Shown here one piece after another: positions 39,865 through 51,237 of a DNA stretch of 64,000 bases. The DNA is from an uncultured cyanobacterium (GTDB lineage: Bacteria; Cyanobacteriota; Cyanobacteriia; Phormidesmidales; Phormidesmidaceae): contig CAWBZI010000006.1 of assembly GCA_963793265.1 (NCBI GenBank), forward strand, positions 224,001 through 288,000, in the 5' to 3' direction. Under the pieces are notes generated by a model, which was given only the letters and a program-made list of their open reading frames with translations, was not told the DNA's origin and did not search any database. How positions within the stretch are numbered: position 1 is the stretch's first letter; each line of letters opens with the position of its first letter. A program made the translations under genes and the position numbers.

Positions 39865-41340
39865 TCAAGTCGCTGTCGGCAAATTCTCTGAGCTGACCGA
39901 GACATCAGAATGCACTTTCGCAATCTCTTTCGGGTCGCCAATCGTCTCTTTAATTTCAGTCTGCAATCGCTCTAGAGTAGAATCAGCTTTCGCCTTCGCT
40001 AAGATATCTTGCATAACCGTATTAACGCCCTGTGGCCCCCACGTGCAGCCCTGTTGCAAATAGCGTTTTGCCGCCTGACCCACCGCGTAAGTGCCATAGC
40101 CTGCGGCCCCGGCCTGCGCGGTCATGGCCCCAGCGTAAGCAGTGAATCCTGAAAAGCTTTCAAAGGCGCTCCAAATCGCCGCTCCACTTTTACCAAAGCC
40201 TAAGATTAAGCTGGTGCCAAACTCGCTGAGGAGTAAAGTGCCTGAGCTGCGAATAATAGACTGCCATAGCGTACTGGCCTCAAAGCGCGTCATTGGGAAG
40301 CCATAAAGGCGGGAGAGCGCGCGAATCATTACGATATCGGAACCGATGCCGCCGAGCATGTCGATAATAGCAATGGGGTTTAGAGAAACTGCGATCGCCT
40401 TATACTTCGCATACTGCCATATCAACTCATCTGCATTCACCTGATTAAGCGCCGTTGTCTCCTTTGCCAAGTTCTGTTCAATTACACCCGCCTGCCGCAA
40501 AGCATTAAGCGCAATCAGCGTCGGCCCTTCTTCTCGCACAATCTTCAACAAAGATGCCCTCAGCGGCTCTATCAGCGCAGGCGGACTCTCCCATTCCTCA
40601 GTTGTGCGACCATCAGGCCACTCCACCCGCACCTGAATCGGCGTCGGCTCAGCCGAAACCATCACAATCTCATCGACTAACCTTGCGCCCTGCGGCAGCT
40701 CGGATTTGTCCTCTGCCTTTTGCCATAGCGCCTGCAAGTTTTTCGCCACAGAATTTCTATCCGCATCTGGATAAAGATCTACTTTATTAAACACAAGCAG
40801 CAGCGGCTTCCGCGTCGCATAAAGCTGTTGAAGTGCGAGATATTCAGTTTGGGTCACATCGCCAGATACAACAAACAAAATGAGATCTGCCTGCTGAGCC
40901 ACTTCTTGAGCGACTTCACCTCTTGATTGGCCTTCTATCTCATCAAGACCAGGGGTATCTATTAGCTCTAGCTTGAGCGTACTTTTTGTCTCGGCACCGT
41001 CTCTATCGGGGAGCCAATACACCGAACGCGGCCATTGGGTAACACCGTTTAGAGGGCCAGTTTCTAAAACTTTTTCCTCCATCAAGGCATTGATAACCGC
41101 CGACTTTCCCCGGCTCACGAGCCCGAACACCGCCACTCGCAGCAGCGAACTGTCAAGCTTATTGAGCAAAGTCGTGAGCTGATCGATACCCGCCTTCACC
41201 GCTGCCTGACGACTGATCTCCTGAGCATCTAGCCGCGTTACTTTTAGCTGCGGGATGTAGCGATCTATCGCCTGGCGCAGGCTAGTGCGGGCCTGTTCGA
41301 CTAGAGGATTTAGCGGTTTGACGGAATTTGCTTTCGTCAT
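39865..41340 (-). CDS. GTP-binding protein with DUF697
   Basis: GLVSRGKS, DTPG, NKVD; C-terminal hydrophobic helices. Confidence 0.88.
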   Translation of the reverse strand: MTKANSVKPLNPLVEQARTSLRQAIDRYIPQLKVTRLDAQEISRQAAVKAGIDQLTTLLNKLDSSLLRVAVFGLVSRGKSAVINALMEEKVLETGPLNGVTQWPRSVYWLPDRDGAETKSTLKLELIDTPGLDEIEGQSRGEVAQEVAQQADLILFVVSGDVTQTEYLALQQLYATRKPLLLVFNKVDLYPDADRNSVAKNLQALWQKAEDKSELPQGARLVDEIVMVSAEPTPIQVRVEWPDGRTTEEWESPPALIEPLRASLLKIVREEGPTLIALNALRQAGVIEQNLAKETTALNQVNADELIWQYAKYKAIAVSLNPIAIIDMLGGIGSDIVMIRALSRLYGFPMTRFEASTLWQSIIRSSGTLLLSEFGTSLILGFGKSGAAIWSAFESFSGFTAYAGAMTAQAGAAGYGTYAVGQAAKRYLQQGCTWGPQGVNTVMQDILAKAKADSTLERLQTEIKETIGDPKEIAKVHSDVSVSSENLPTAT

Positions 41341-41364
41341 AAATTAGCTAGCAGCGAAGGTGGG

Positions 41365-42807
41365 TTAAGCGGCAGTTGCTTTAGCCTGTGGCAGGACAGG
41401 CAAATGAGTCAACGCCTGATCGACAAAGCCTTTGAGTGCTGAGGTTTGCTTGGCGGCTTTGAAGAAAGCTTGGAGGCGATCGCCCATTTCACTAAAGGCA
41501 AACTGTCGCTGCTCAGGCGCAAGCAAACTCTGTTCTGCAAAGAAGTCAATTAGGCTAATGCCCACCATACGAGTAAGATAAGCCGCGCTCACACCCTGCA
41601 AAGCGCCCCCGGCCACATAGGTCGCCGCGTGAGTTTTGAGCAAGCTGCCCAATGCCTGCGTAGAGAGTTCAACAAGACCGAGCTTTACAAGTAGCTCAGC
41701 TAGGGTACCTGCCGCCGTTTTGGCCTGATCTAAAGAGAACTTTTGGCCGTATACCGCGCCCAAGTCCACGATCATTTGCGCATTAATAGCAGTAGAAGCG
41801 AGTAGATCTAGGCTAGGTAGAGGGCTCGCAAACGCACTGCCTGCTGCGATCCACTGCATTTGTTCTACAAGCGGCATTGCCTTCTGTCGGCGCTGAGCGT
41901 TCAACAACTGCTGAGTCTCTAACAACAAGGCTTTGGCCTGGCGAAGCGTGGTAGTCATTACAAGCTGCTGCACTTCGTTTTCGACTAAATGATTTAGCCG
42001 CTCAGTCAATGACGCAAGCTGTGGTGCAGGCTGTTCGGTAAATTCTTCTATCTCGCCATTTTCTTGATGGCGGCGGACTTTGATTGAATTGGGTTTGGCA
42101 GCGATCGCACTCACCCCAATCCCCAAATCTTCCACGCGCGTTTGAATGCGAGCCACCACCGACTGACGATCCAAAGGCGCAAGCTGATCTTGCTTGTTAA
42201 AGACTAGCTGAGTTCTATAGCCCGCTTTTAGCAAATCATGAATGCGCTGTAGCTCAGACTGTGTAAGATCGGCAGAAGTAACAAAAAGAACAAGATCGCT
42301 ATCCGTAGGCGGTAAAGTCTCTTCACCTGCCACTTCTACAATAGAAGTCACGACGGGCTGATCGGACTGTCGCTTTTCGTTCAGTTGCGAGACTAAAGCC
42401 GTTTTGCCGGTAGATTTGTTACCGACCACAGCGAAATTCAGCGATTCTCTGTCAAGATTTGTAAGGAGAGATGCGATCGCTTCCTTTTGCTCCTTTATTT
42501 GCGACCAAATCGGTGCGTCGGCCTTAGTATCCTCCGGCAGCTCCGCCTTTAGCATCTCTAAGCAGCTTTCTATTTTTGTAATAACCGCTTCAACAGCGGA
42601 TTTATCGACCGGGCCTAGCGCCTGCGGAGCTTCAAATTTGATAGTAGAGGGATTGCGTTGCTTGAGCCACCATAGGCCGGAGCCGAGAGCGATCGCGCCC
42701 AGCATCGTAGAGCCGTCTGCCAAGGGAGCATGTCCCACAATGTTCATCAGCCCTAAACTGGCTGATAGACCTAAACCACCGACTAAAATAGGACGCTTCA
42801 GTTGCAT
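41365..42807 (-). CDS. GTPase-like DUF697/YcjF protein
   Basis: RPILVGGLGLS, GNKSTGKT, NKQD, QWIAAGSAFASPLPSLDL. Confidence 0.82.
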   Translation of the reverse strand: MQLKRPILVGGLGLSASLGLMNIVGHAPLADGSTMLGAIALGSGLWWLKQRNPSTIKFEAPQALGPVDKSAVEAVITKIESCLEMLKAELPEDTKADAPIWSQIKEQKEAIASLLTNLDRESLNFAVVGNKSTGKTALVSQLNEKRQSDQPVVTSIVEVAGEETLPPTDSDLVLFVTSADLTQSELQRIHDLLKAGYRTQLVFNKQDQLAPLDRQSVVARIQTRVEDLGIGVSAIAAKPNSIKVRRHQENGEIEEFTEQPAPQLASLTERLNHLVENEVQQLVMTTTLRQAKALLLETQQLLNAQRRQKAMPLVEQMQWIAAGSAFASPLPSLDLLASTAINAQMIVDLGAVYGQKFSLDQAKTAAGTLAELLVKLGLVELSTQALGSLLKTHAATYVAGGALQGVSAAYLTRMVGISLIDFFAEQSLLAPEQRQFAFSEMGDRLQAFFKAAKQTSALKGFVDQALTHLPVLPQAKATAA

Positions 42808-43000
42808 GAATTGATTACCGCGATCTGCTGCTTTTATTGTATAGAGTCTGGCGGAATGTAGGAAGTAGTGAGAACCGGGCTATGGCTTCAACGAAGTCAG
42901 CATATCGGGTACGGTGCAGATTTGAAAGCTGACTAGCGGCTGCGTTACGCAGTTCGATATCGCGGTAACCTTTAGCCAAAATTTACAAAAAACCTTTCTT

Positions 43001-44335
43001 ATGGCACTACCTAACTTTGTTCAAGGCTCCCGACTGCAAAGTCTCGTCAACTGGCTAGCGCGTCCTTACGACTTTTTAGATAAGTGCGCTGCTACCTATG
43101 GCGATATTTTTACTGTCCACTTTTCAGGCTTTCAACCGCTGGTGATGCTGAGTAATCCGCAGGCAGTTAAGGATGTTTTTGCACTGGATACGAAAGATTT
43201 TGATGCTGGCAGAGGTAACAATATACTGTTGCCTTTGTTAGGCAATAATTCTTTGCTTTTGTTGGATGGCGATCGCCACAGGCGCGAGAGAAAGCTGCTG
43301 ATGCCGCCGTTTCATGGGGCAAAGGTGAAGGCTTACGGTGAAACCATTTGCCAGATTGCCGAAGAGATTTGCCAGCAGTGGCAGCCGCAGCAGACTATCG
43401 TAGCGGGTGAGGTGATGCCAGAAATTACGTTGGAGGTGATTCTTCAGACTGTTTTTGGCTTGAGGGAGGGCGATCGCTACGAACAGCTCAAAACGCTATT
43501 AATCAGCCTTCTAGATTTAACCGGCTCACCGCTGAGTTCTAGTCTGATCTTTTTCAAATGGCTGCAACAAGACTGGGGAAGCTGGAGCCCTTGGGGAAAA
43601 GTCGTGCGACAAAAGCAGCAGATATACGATTTGTTGCAAGCAGAGATTGACGAGCGACGAGAACAACAGAATTTTGCGGGCGATGATGTGCTAAGCCTGA
43701 TGCTATTGGCACGTGATGAAGACGGTGAGCCGATGGCGGATATGGAGCTTAAGGATGAGCTGATGACAATGCTGGTAGCTGGGCACGAAACGACTGCTGG
43801 GGTGCTGAGCTGGACGCTGTATTGGGTGCATAAACTGCCGGATGTGAAAGCTAAGCTGATGGCGGAGTTAGAGGCTTTGCCAAAAGGGGCGGATGCAATG
43901 GCGATCACATCCCTTCCATACCTCACCGCAGTCGCCTCAGAATCCCTACGGATGTATCCAATCGCACCTATTACCTCACCGAGAATATTGAACAACACCG
44001 TTACCATCAACGGCCAAACTTTCGAGCCCAATACCTTGATTGCTCCCTGCATTTATTCCATTCATCACCGCGAAGACCTTTATCCTGACTCTAAAGAATT
44101 CAGGCCCGAAAGATTTTTAGAGCGACAGTTTTCACCCTCAGAGTTTCTTCCCTTCGGTGGCGGCAATCGGCGCTGTATCGGATATGCACTCGCTAAGTTA
44201 GAGATTAATTTGGTGCTGGCAACAATCCTGACAAATCACTCTCTAAAGCTGGCAAGTGATGAGGCGGTTAAGCCAAAGCGAAGAGGTGTTGTGATAGCGA
44301 CTAATAACGGTGTGCCTTTAGTAGTCGAGTCCTGA
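43001..44335 (+). CDS. Cytochrome P450 (CYP110-like)
   Basis: AGHETT, ESLR (ExxR), PERF, FGGGNRRCIG haem ligand. Confidence 0.95.
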   Translation: MALPNFVQGSRLQSLVNWLARPYDFLDKCAATYGDIFTVHFSGFQPLVMLSNPQAVKDVFALDTKDFDAGRGNNILLPLLGNNSLLLLDGDRHRRERKLLMPPFHGAKVKAYGETICQIAEEICQQWQPQQTIVAGEVMPEITLEVILQTVFGLREGDRYEQLKTLLISLLDLTGSPLSSSLIFFKWLQQDWGSWSPWGKVVRQKQQIYDLLQAEIDERREQQNFAGDDVLSLMLLARDEDGEPMADMELKDELMTMLVAGHETTAGVLSWTLYWVHKLPDVKAKLMAELEALPKGADAMAITSLPYLTAVASESLRMYPIAPITSPRILNNTVTINGQTFEPNTLIAPCIYSIHHREDLYPDSKEFRPERFLERQFSPSEFLPFGGGNRRCIGYALAKLEINLVLATILTNHSLKLASDEAVKPKRRGVVIATNNGVPLVVES

Positions 44336-44375
44336 TAGGGTTTAGAGTGATCTTGCGATCGCACAAGGCGTATTC

Positions 44376-45251
44376 ATGAAAACAGACAAAGACAACAAGT
44401 GGCTTAGCTGGTATCAACAGTTTGATAAAAGCCACGGTGGAAAGGCGCGTCAGCAGTGGTATAGCGAAACCACTCAGGCGTATCGATGGGCGCGGCCAAC
44501 CTACCCCAAGTCGCTGGTTGATCGCGCTGTAAGCCAGTCTCATTTGTCACAAAAAAGTTCAATCCTAGAAATGGGCTGTGGCCCTGGAATTGCGACGGCA
44601 GCTTTGGCAGCGAAAGGTTTTCGCGTTCAGGGTGTGGAGCCTAGTACGGCAGCTTGCAAGCTAGCGGCAAAAGCTTGTAGGGAATATGGCGATCGCGTCA
44701 AAATCCATAACAGCACCTTTGAAGACTATCCGCTAAACAACCAACAGTTCGATGCAGTCCTAGCAGCCACCTCCTTTCATTGGATAGCGCCAGATGTAGC
44801 CTGCGAGAAATCAGCAGCGGCGCTCAAACCCAATGGAGCGCTTATTCTACTGTGGGCAACTCCACCGCAGCCGGATGCAGAAATCTACGAGTATTTGCAG
44901 CCAGTATACGAACAGCACGGCTTAGCTGAAATGGGCCATGAGCAGCAGCGTGATCAGGCTTACTACCAGGGAAACTTTGAGCGCTTCGCAGACATTGTTA
45001 GCAGCTCGGGCTACTTTCAGCCCACGCCCGTTGCGGTAGAAGCCCATCACTCTATCTATAGTATTGAAAAGTACTTAGCGCTTCTAAGCACGCTCTCTGG
45101 CTATATTGCTTTAGAGCCGCAGCAGCGAGAAGATCTGCTGGAGAACTTAGGCGATCGCCTCACCGAAAAGCTAGAAACGGGTGCACTCGAAACAACCCAC
45201 TGGTTCGCCCTGCAAGTATCGCCTTTAGCACCTGAGCCTCAAACCATCTAA
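44376..45251 (+). CDS. Class I SAM-dependent methyltransferase
   Basis: ILEMGCGPG, FDAVLAATSFHW, LKPNG. Confidence 0.9.
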   Translation: MKTDKDNKWLSWYQQFDKSHGGKARQQWYSETTQAYRWARPTYPKSLVDRAVSQSHLSQKSSILEMGCGPGIATAALAAKGFRVQGVEPSTAACKLAAKACREYGDRVKIHNSTFEDYPLNNQQFDAVLAATSFHWIAPDVACEKSAAALKPNGALILLWATPPQPDAEIYEYLQPVYEQHGLAEMGHEQQRDQAYYQGNFERFADIVSSSGYFQPTPVAVEAHHSIYSIEKYLALLSTLSGYIALEPQQREDLLENLGDRLTEKLETGALETTHWFALQVSPLAPEPQTI

Positions 45252-45374
45252 GGCTTTGTAAAACAAAGTACTCCTTTGCAAAACATGACAATTAGTTATT
45301 TTCTGATACTGATGCGGCTTTGATATGGCAGCATGATCCATGGAAGTCAGCCCCGTTTGAGACACGTCAGCTAA

Positions 45375-46349
<975 letters not shown>

Positions 46350-46364
46350 GGAACGCCGAAGTGC

Positions 46365-47126
46365 ATGTTTGATTATTCGCTTTGCCAGCGGGTGTCGCCA
46401 ACTAGGGCGTGGACGCTGGTAAGTAGTACGCTGCTCTTTGCGTTTTCTCGGCCTTTAATATTGCTAGCGGTGGTGGTGGTCTTCGCTAGCCTGCCATGGT
46501 TGTTAAACCGATCGCGATGGAAAAAGCCAGTGGCGATCGCAAGCATTACCCTATCTGTCATCTATCTTATCGGCATCTCTCCGCTTATCAGCACGTTAGG
46601 CAATCGACTGCTGGTGAGCTTTGTGCCGCCTGATGATGGCGAGAAGGCAGATGCGATTGTGATATTAGGACGCGGGGAACAACAGAATGAGGTGCGATCG
46701 CGTATTGCCGGAGAGCTATGGCAGGCCAAACGAGCACCCGTCATATTCCCGAGCGGTCGCAAAGATGCGCTTGCAATGCAGCAGATTATCAAAGAAGAGT
46801 TTCCTAAAGCTGTTGTAGAAGGCGAGCCGTGTTCTTTAACCACCGATCAAAATGCAGAATTCACAGCGGCGCTGCTGCGTCCAAAGGGGATAAAGACCAT
46901 TATATTAGTCACCGATCCGCCGCATATGTGGCGATCGCTCCTCACCTTCGAGAGCTTTGGCTTTAAAGTCATTCCTCATTTCAGCCCACTATCAACAGCC
47001 ACCAACCCCGTTAAAGAACGCTTTCTAGTCATTAGAGAAAGTTTGGGCCTGCTGAGCTATGGCCTAATGGGCCGGTACTCATCTCGCGACGTACCACCGC
47101 CATCTGTTATCTACGAAGACGAGTAG
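46365..47126 (+). CDS. YdcF/DUF218 family membrane protein
   Basis: ADAIVILGRG, TTDQNA, LVTDPPHMWRS, RESLG. Confidence 0.85.
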   Translation: MFDYSLCQRVSPTRAWTLVSSTLLFAFSRPLILLAVVVVFASLPWLLNRSRWKKPVAIASITLSVIYLIGISPLISTLGNRLLVSFVPPDDGEKADAIVILGRGEQQNEVRSRIAGELWQAKRAPVIFPSGRKDALAMQQIIKEEFPKAVVEGEPCSLTTDQNAEFTAALLRPKGIKTIILVTDPPHMWRSLLTFESFGFKVIPHFSPLSTATNPVKERFLVIRESLGLLSYGLMGRYSSRDVPPPSVIYEDE

Positions 47127-47223
47127 CATTTCTTGAGAAAATTGCCAGAGTAACTATTTATACATCGGTCAAACCATCTTCTTAAATCGGGAACCGTAGC
47201 TTGATGTCTATAGCTGACGAACC

Positions 47224-47811
47224 ATGCAGGCTGCTGAACCCATTGCTTTTAATAACGAGCTAACCAGTTCGCTAGAAAAACTCATCATTAATAATCCCGA
47301 CTTAGACGCATTGGAATCAATGCTCACCGACTTCTTGAAAGAAATGGTGAGAGAAAGTAAGTCAGCAGGCATTGTTCTCGATGAAAGTAACAAATTTTTC
47401 ATTCGCTGTGCGCCTGAGAGCTGGGATCAGCTTCCTTTTCAAAAAACTTGCGATCGCTGGACAAAAAGTAAGCGCATTGTCTTATTTGAATTCTTCAACT
47501 TCTCAGACCGGCTTGAGTTTAAGCTGACACTTGGGCCAGGAGAGAAAGCCAACAAACAGGTTGTTTTTGATGCGATAAAAGCATTAAAAAAATCAGACTC
47601 TCTCAGTAGCAGATCTAATAACAGTAAATTCATCAACAGCACTTTAAAGGCAGATGGATTTAGCCCTATTATTCAGCATGAGGTTCTTGCTCACTTAGAC
47701 TATTTAGAAGAAGATTGGGATGGTATACAGCAAAAAATTAAAAGGTTTTGGGATGAAATGCTCTCTGGTGAAATGAGGAGGATTCAGCAGGCCGTGCTTG
47801 GAGTTGAGTAA
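47224..47811 (+). CDS. Hypothetical protein; possible internally deleted PD-(D/E)XK nuclease-family gene
   Basis: LEKLIINNPDLDALESML directly followed by C-terminal-like region (IRCAPESWD, WTKSKRIVLFEF, LTLGPG). Confidence 0.5.
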   Translation: MQAAEPIAFNNELTSSLEKLIINNPDLDALESMLTDFLKEMVRESKSAGIVLDESNKFFIRCAPESWDQLPFQKTCDRWTKSKRIVLFEFFNFSDRLEFKLTLGPGEKANKQVVFDAIKALKKSDSLSSRSNNSKFINSTLKADGFSPIIQHEVLAHLDYLEEDWDGIQQKIKRFWDEMLSGEMRRIQQAVLGVE

Positions 47812-47833
47812 CATATAAGTTACCGTTATAGAT

Positions 47834-48166
47834 ATGAGGACAGTAGAATACGTAAAACAGGATGGCACCAACCCTTTTCAGCAATGGCTTAATAAGCTAG
47901 ATAGGACAGTCATTGCCAAAGTTCAAGTTGCCAGGGCGCGTTTAGAATCCGGCAATACATCGAATATTAAATGGTTTAGCGGAATTGGTGAGTATCGAAT
48001 CAACTGGGGGCCAGGTTACAGACTGTATTTAGCTCAAGATGGCGACGAGCTTATTGTTTTATTTGGCGGAGGTACAAAGAAAACCCAAAAATCAGATATT
48101 CAAAAAGCTATAAAGCTGAGACAGGAATACAAAGCTCGTAAAAGGAAGGGAAATGAAAATGAGTGA
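47834..48166 (+). CDS. Type II TA toxin, RelE/ParE (addiction module killer) family
   Basis: PFQQWL, RLESGN, GIGEYRINWGPGYRLY, LFGGGTKKTQKSDI. Confidence 0.9.
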   Translation: MRTVEYVKQDGTNPFQQWLNKLDRTVIAKVQVARARLESGNTSNIKWFSGIGEYRINWGPGYRLYLAQDGDELIVLFGGGTKKTQKSDIQKAIKLRQEYKARKRKGNENE

Positions 48167-48572
48167 CCGATTGCAAAAACATGATTCGACTACGTATGAT
48201 ATCAACGGCCTACCATTGACAACTGATGGACGTGAAGTATTTGCTCAGCAAGTTCAGGGCGACCCTGAGCTAGCTATTCTTTTGATGAGCGAAGCCATTA
48301 GCCTTTGTATAAATGGTGAACCTGATGTGGCTAGAATTATGCTAAGGGATCTGGTGAATGCAACTATTGGCTTTGAAGAACTTGCGCAGAGAACTGGAAA
48401 GCCTAGCAAAAGCCTTCATCGTATGCTATCAGCTAGAGGCAACCCAACTATGGATAATTTGATAGCGATTATCGGTGTGCTTCGTATTCATCTAAAAGTG
48501 GAAGAATTCAGCGTTACGCCTACTGCCTCTGAAGCTATCTGTGAGCCTGCGAGCGCCTCTCCTGCGAGATAA
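48159..48572 (+). CDS. Cognate HTH antitoxin
   Basis: Overlaps toxin stop; LRDLVNATIGFEELA, KSLHRMLS-GNPTMDNL. Confidence 0.85.
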   Translation: MSDRLQKHDSTTYDINGLPLTTDGREVFAQQVQGDPELAILLMSEAISLCINGEPDVARIMLRDLVNATIGFEELAQRTGKPSKSLHRMLSARGNPTMDNLIAIIGVLRIHLKVEEFSVTPTASEAICEPASASPAR

Positions 48573-48611
48573 GATACTGCCATGTAGAAAATTGAAAAAG
48601 GAAATTAGGGC

Positions 48612-48914
48612 ATGATTCTCGAAGTCGCAGTTCTAGACGTTAGGCCCAAGCAAAGCAAAGACTTTGAGACAGCATTTTCCCAAGCCCAAGCTATCATTTC
48701 TTCGATGCCAGGCTACGTTAGCCATGAGCTGAACCGCTGCATAGAAAACCGCGATCGCTACATTCTTTTAGTCCGCTGGCAAACACTTCAAGATCATACT
48801 AAAGGGTTCCGAGGCTCTACTAAATATCAGCAATGGAAGAAATTGTTGCATCACTACTACAACCCGTTTCCGAACGTTGAACACTATGAGAACGTATACG
48901 AAGGTAAGCGATGA
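48612..48914 (+). CDS. Antibiotic biosynthesis monooxygenase (ABM) family protein
   Basis: MILEVAVLDV, MPGY, YILLVRWQTLQDH..GFRGS. Confidence 0.9.
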   Translation: MILEVAVLDVRPKQSKDFETAFSQAQAIISSMPGYVSHELNRCIENRDRYILLVRWQTLQDHTKGFRGSTKYQQWKKLLHHYYNPFPNVEHYENVYEGKR

Positions 48915-48936
48915 ATCTAATGAATGCGACTTCTAG

Positions 48937-49599
48937 CTACAGCAAACCCCGATAGCGAATAAACAACAACAGCGCCGCCCACGATCCAAGCGCAACCTTT
49001 ATCGCCACTAAAATATTAAGCAGTGGAATCCAGCCGCCGCTCGTCAGCGTGCCAAGGTTGCCATAGGGCAGCTCTAGCCCAATTAAAATCAGCGCGGCTA
49101 GCACGATAAAAATTAAAACCGAGATTTTTTCTAAAGTAGCCGCGTGCCAGCGCTTATATAGCGCTTCCATACTCGGCAAAGACGTGGTGATCGCCACTAG
49201 GCCAATAGCTGTACCGCCTGCAACGCCCGCAGCAAAACCACCGCCGGGGCTGAGATGACCGCGAATAGCTAGCTCTATGCTGACTAAGGCTGTGATAGTT
49301 GCGCCGATTTGCGCTAAGACAACAGAAGGGTGATCGCTGAATGAGTGGAGCGTGGTGGTGGGCTGTTCATCAGAGAGCAAAAAGCGAACCCCCATTATCG
49401 CAATTGAAAATACAACAACTTCAAAAAGCGTGTCGTACAGGCGGTTTCTAAAGATAATGCCAGAAACCGCGTTCGGAACGCCTGTGTCTTGCACAACCAT
49501 TTGAACGATTGATAGGTCGAAAGCGTCTGGTGCAAAGTTTGGAAACACCAGCATTTTGATGAACAGCGCCACGCCAGCGGCTATGTAGATCCACTTCAT
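48937..49599 (-). CDS. mrpB: Mrp Na+/H+ antiporter subunit B
   Basis: NAVSGIIFRNRLYDT, GHLSPGGGFAAG. Confidence 0.9.
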   Translation of the reverse strand: MKWIYIAAGVALFIKMLVFPNFAPDAFDLSIVQMVVQDTGVPNAVSGIIFRNRLYDTLFEVVVFSIAIMGVRFLLSDEQPTTTLHSFSDHPSVVLAQIGATITALVSIELAIRGHLSPGGGFAAGVAGGTAIGLVAITTSLPSMEALYKRWHAATLEKISVLIFIVLAALILIGLELPYGNLGTLTSGGWIPLLNILVAIKVALGSWAALLLFIRYRGLL

Positions 49600-50162
49600 G
49601 TCGGAACCTCCTTAGAAAGATCTGTTGGGGGGTTAGGCCGAGGATGAGAAGAAGGTAGCTGGATGTAGCCAACAGTTGCCAGATCTGGCGGTAGTCCTGA
49701 TTGCAAAATTCGGTAGAGGTGGTTGACTCGGGTGTCTATCAGGAAGGGGTGCGATCGCAAACAAATGGTATGCACATCCCGGCTCATAAGCGCCGCCTTT
49801 AGTTCTTCAGATGACGCATAGGAAAGCACTTCAAGCCGAAGATGGTGAGGGGCGATCGCAAGCTGAACAGGCGAGAGCAGCGTTTCGTCAAACACGGCAC
49901 ACTCACTTTTGATCACCCCTAGTTTCATCGTCATAGACGAGCGCACCGTAATCGAATACAGCGTAATCGAAAGCATCGTGCCCACTAAGGCTTCGGTTAG
50001 GGCAATATCGGCCGCGCCAAAGAGCGTGTAAGTGAGGGCAGCGATCGCCCCCAAAACGCCGCGAATCACCATCGCTCTATAAGGATTCGTTTGCAGCACC
50101 ACCAAACCCGCCGAGAGTGGCAGCAGTGCGACCAAAGACAATACCAACAAGTTTTCAGGCAT
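49596..50162 (-). CDS. Mrp-associated DUF4040 subunit
   Basis: GAADIALTEALVGT; position in mrp operon. Confidence 0.85.
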   Translation of the reverse strand: MPENLLVLSLVALLPLSAGLVVLQTNPYRAMVIRGVLGAIAALTYTLFGAADIALTEALVGTMLSITLYSITVRSSMTMKLGVIKSECAVFDETLLSPVQLAIAPHHLRLEVLSYASSEELKAALMSRDVHTICLRSHPFLIDTRVNHLYRILQSGLPPDLATVGYIQLPSSHPRPNPPTDLSKEVPT

Positions 50163-50490
50163 TTTGCTCTCCAGAATTATTGTGAGCGTTACTGTGGAAG
50201 CTGTCGTAGTAGCAGTAGGCTAAAACATAGCTCAACACCGTATTCCACATCGCCAAAGAAAATAGCGCCAGCACCAGCAGCGGCCACTCTCTTGGAATTT
50301 CAACCAGCAGACCGGCAATAATGCTCATAGAGCCGAGCGTATCGGAAACAGAGAGGCTATGTAGCTTAAATAAAACAGAGCGGCGCTTGCCAACAGCCGC
50401 AATATCGAGCAAAGGCGCTGAGCCCCAGAGCCAAAATACGGCCCCCACTGCAAAACAAAACGTGCTGACGACTGTTCTTAAAATATCCAT
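50155..50490 (-). CDS. mrpG: Mrp antiporter subunit G
   Basis: KLHSLSVSDTLGS; operon position. Confidence 0.85.
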   Translation of the reverse strand: MDILRTVVSTFCFAVGAVFWLWGSAPLLDIAAVGKRRSVLFKLHSLSVSDTLGSMSIIAGLLVEIPREWPLLVLALFSLAMWNTVLSYVLAYCYYDSFHSNAHNNSGEQNA

Positions 50491-50494
50491 TGTC

Positions 50495-50824
50495 TTAAAC
50501 CTCCCGCTCTGAATTAAGCCTTTGCAAATTGAGTCTTCTCAAGATATGAGCGAGCAGCATCAGCGACGCATTGCCCACGCTCAAAATCAGCACGCCCACC
50601 AAACCAACCATCCAGTCATCTCGCCAAACAGAAATTACCAAAATGATTACGGACGTTTTGGTGGAGATACTGGTAAAAGACAGTAGTTTCGACCAAACCC
50701 CCTCTAGCGGAGCCCGAACTAATAATGTGCTACCCACACGTCTTTGGGGCCTACACGCCTCTTGAAAAAGGCTATAGATAGGCATCATCAGCGCGATGGA
50801 CATTGCAATCAATAGCCAAATCAT
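50495..50824 (-). CDS. mrpF: Mrp antiporter subunit F-like
   Basis: Three TMs, RDDWMVGLVG; between mrpE and mrpG. Confidence 0.7.
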   Translation of the reverse strand: MIWLLIAMSIALMMPIYSLFQEACRPQRRVGSTLLVRAPLEGVWSKLLSFTSISTKTSVIILVISVWRDDWMVGLVGVLILSVGNASLMLLAHILRRLNLQRLNSEREV

Positions 50825-51237
50825 GGTTTTCTCCTGGGGCCAACGCTATGAACAATATATTCACCGCAGCCTGTACCATCGGTTGAATAGTCTACGACAA
50901 TTGTTTTAGGCGTAAAAGTAATTAAAAAGATGTCTAAAAAGATTAGTCCCCGCGTTTGCCGGTGTGGAATTCGCTCGATTACAATGTCTTCTTCGGTGTG
51001 GGGGTCTAGCATCATTTCAATCGCTTCTATATAGGCTCTGGGAATGGCGATCGCAATCTTCCAGAGCATATTTGCCCATTCTTTCCATAGCGGCACAGAT
51101 GCTTTATCAGTAAGGCGATCGCTCAACTGAGGCAATAGCAAGGCGATCACAACGCCAATCGTTATATTCGCCCAACTGGTATCTGCGGTTAGCAAAAACC
51201 AGAGCGTGAGCTTAAAGGCAATATCAAAGACTCTCAT
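50821..51237 (-). CDS. mrpE: Mrp antiporter subunit E
   Basis: WFLLTA, ITFTPKTIVV; ATGA overlap with mrpD stop. Confidence 0.85.
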   Translation of the reverse strand: MRVFDIAFKLTLWFLLTADTSWANITIGVVIALLLPQLSDRLTDKASVPLWKEWANMLWKIAIAIPRAYIEAIEMMLDPHTEEDIVIERIPHRQTRGLIFLDIFLITFTPKTIVVDYSTDGTGCGEYIVHSVGPRRKP

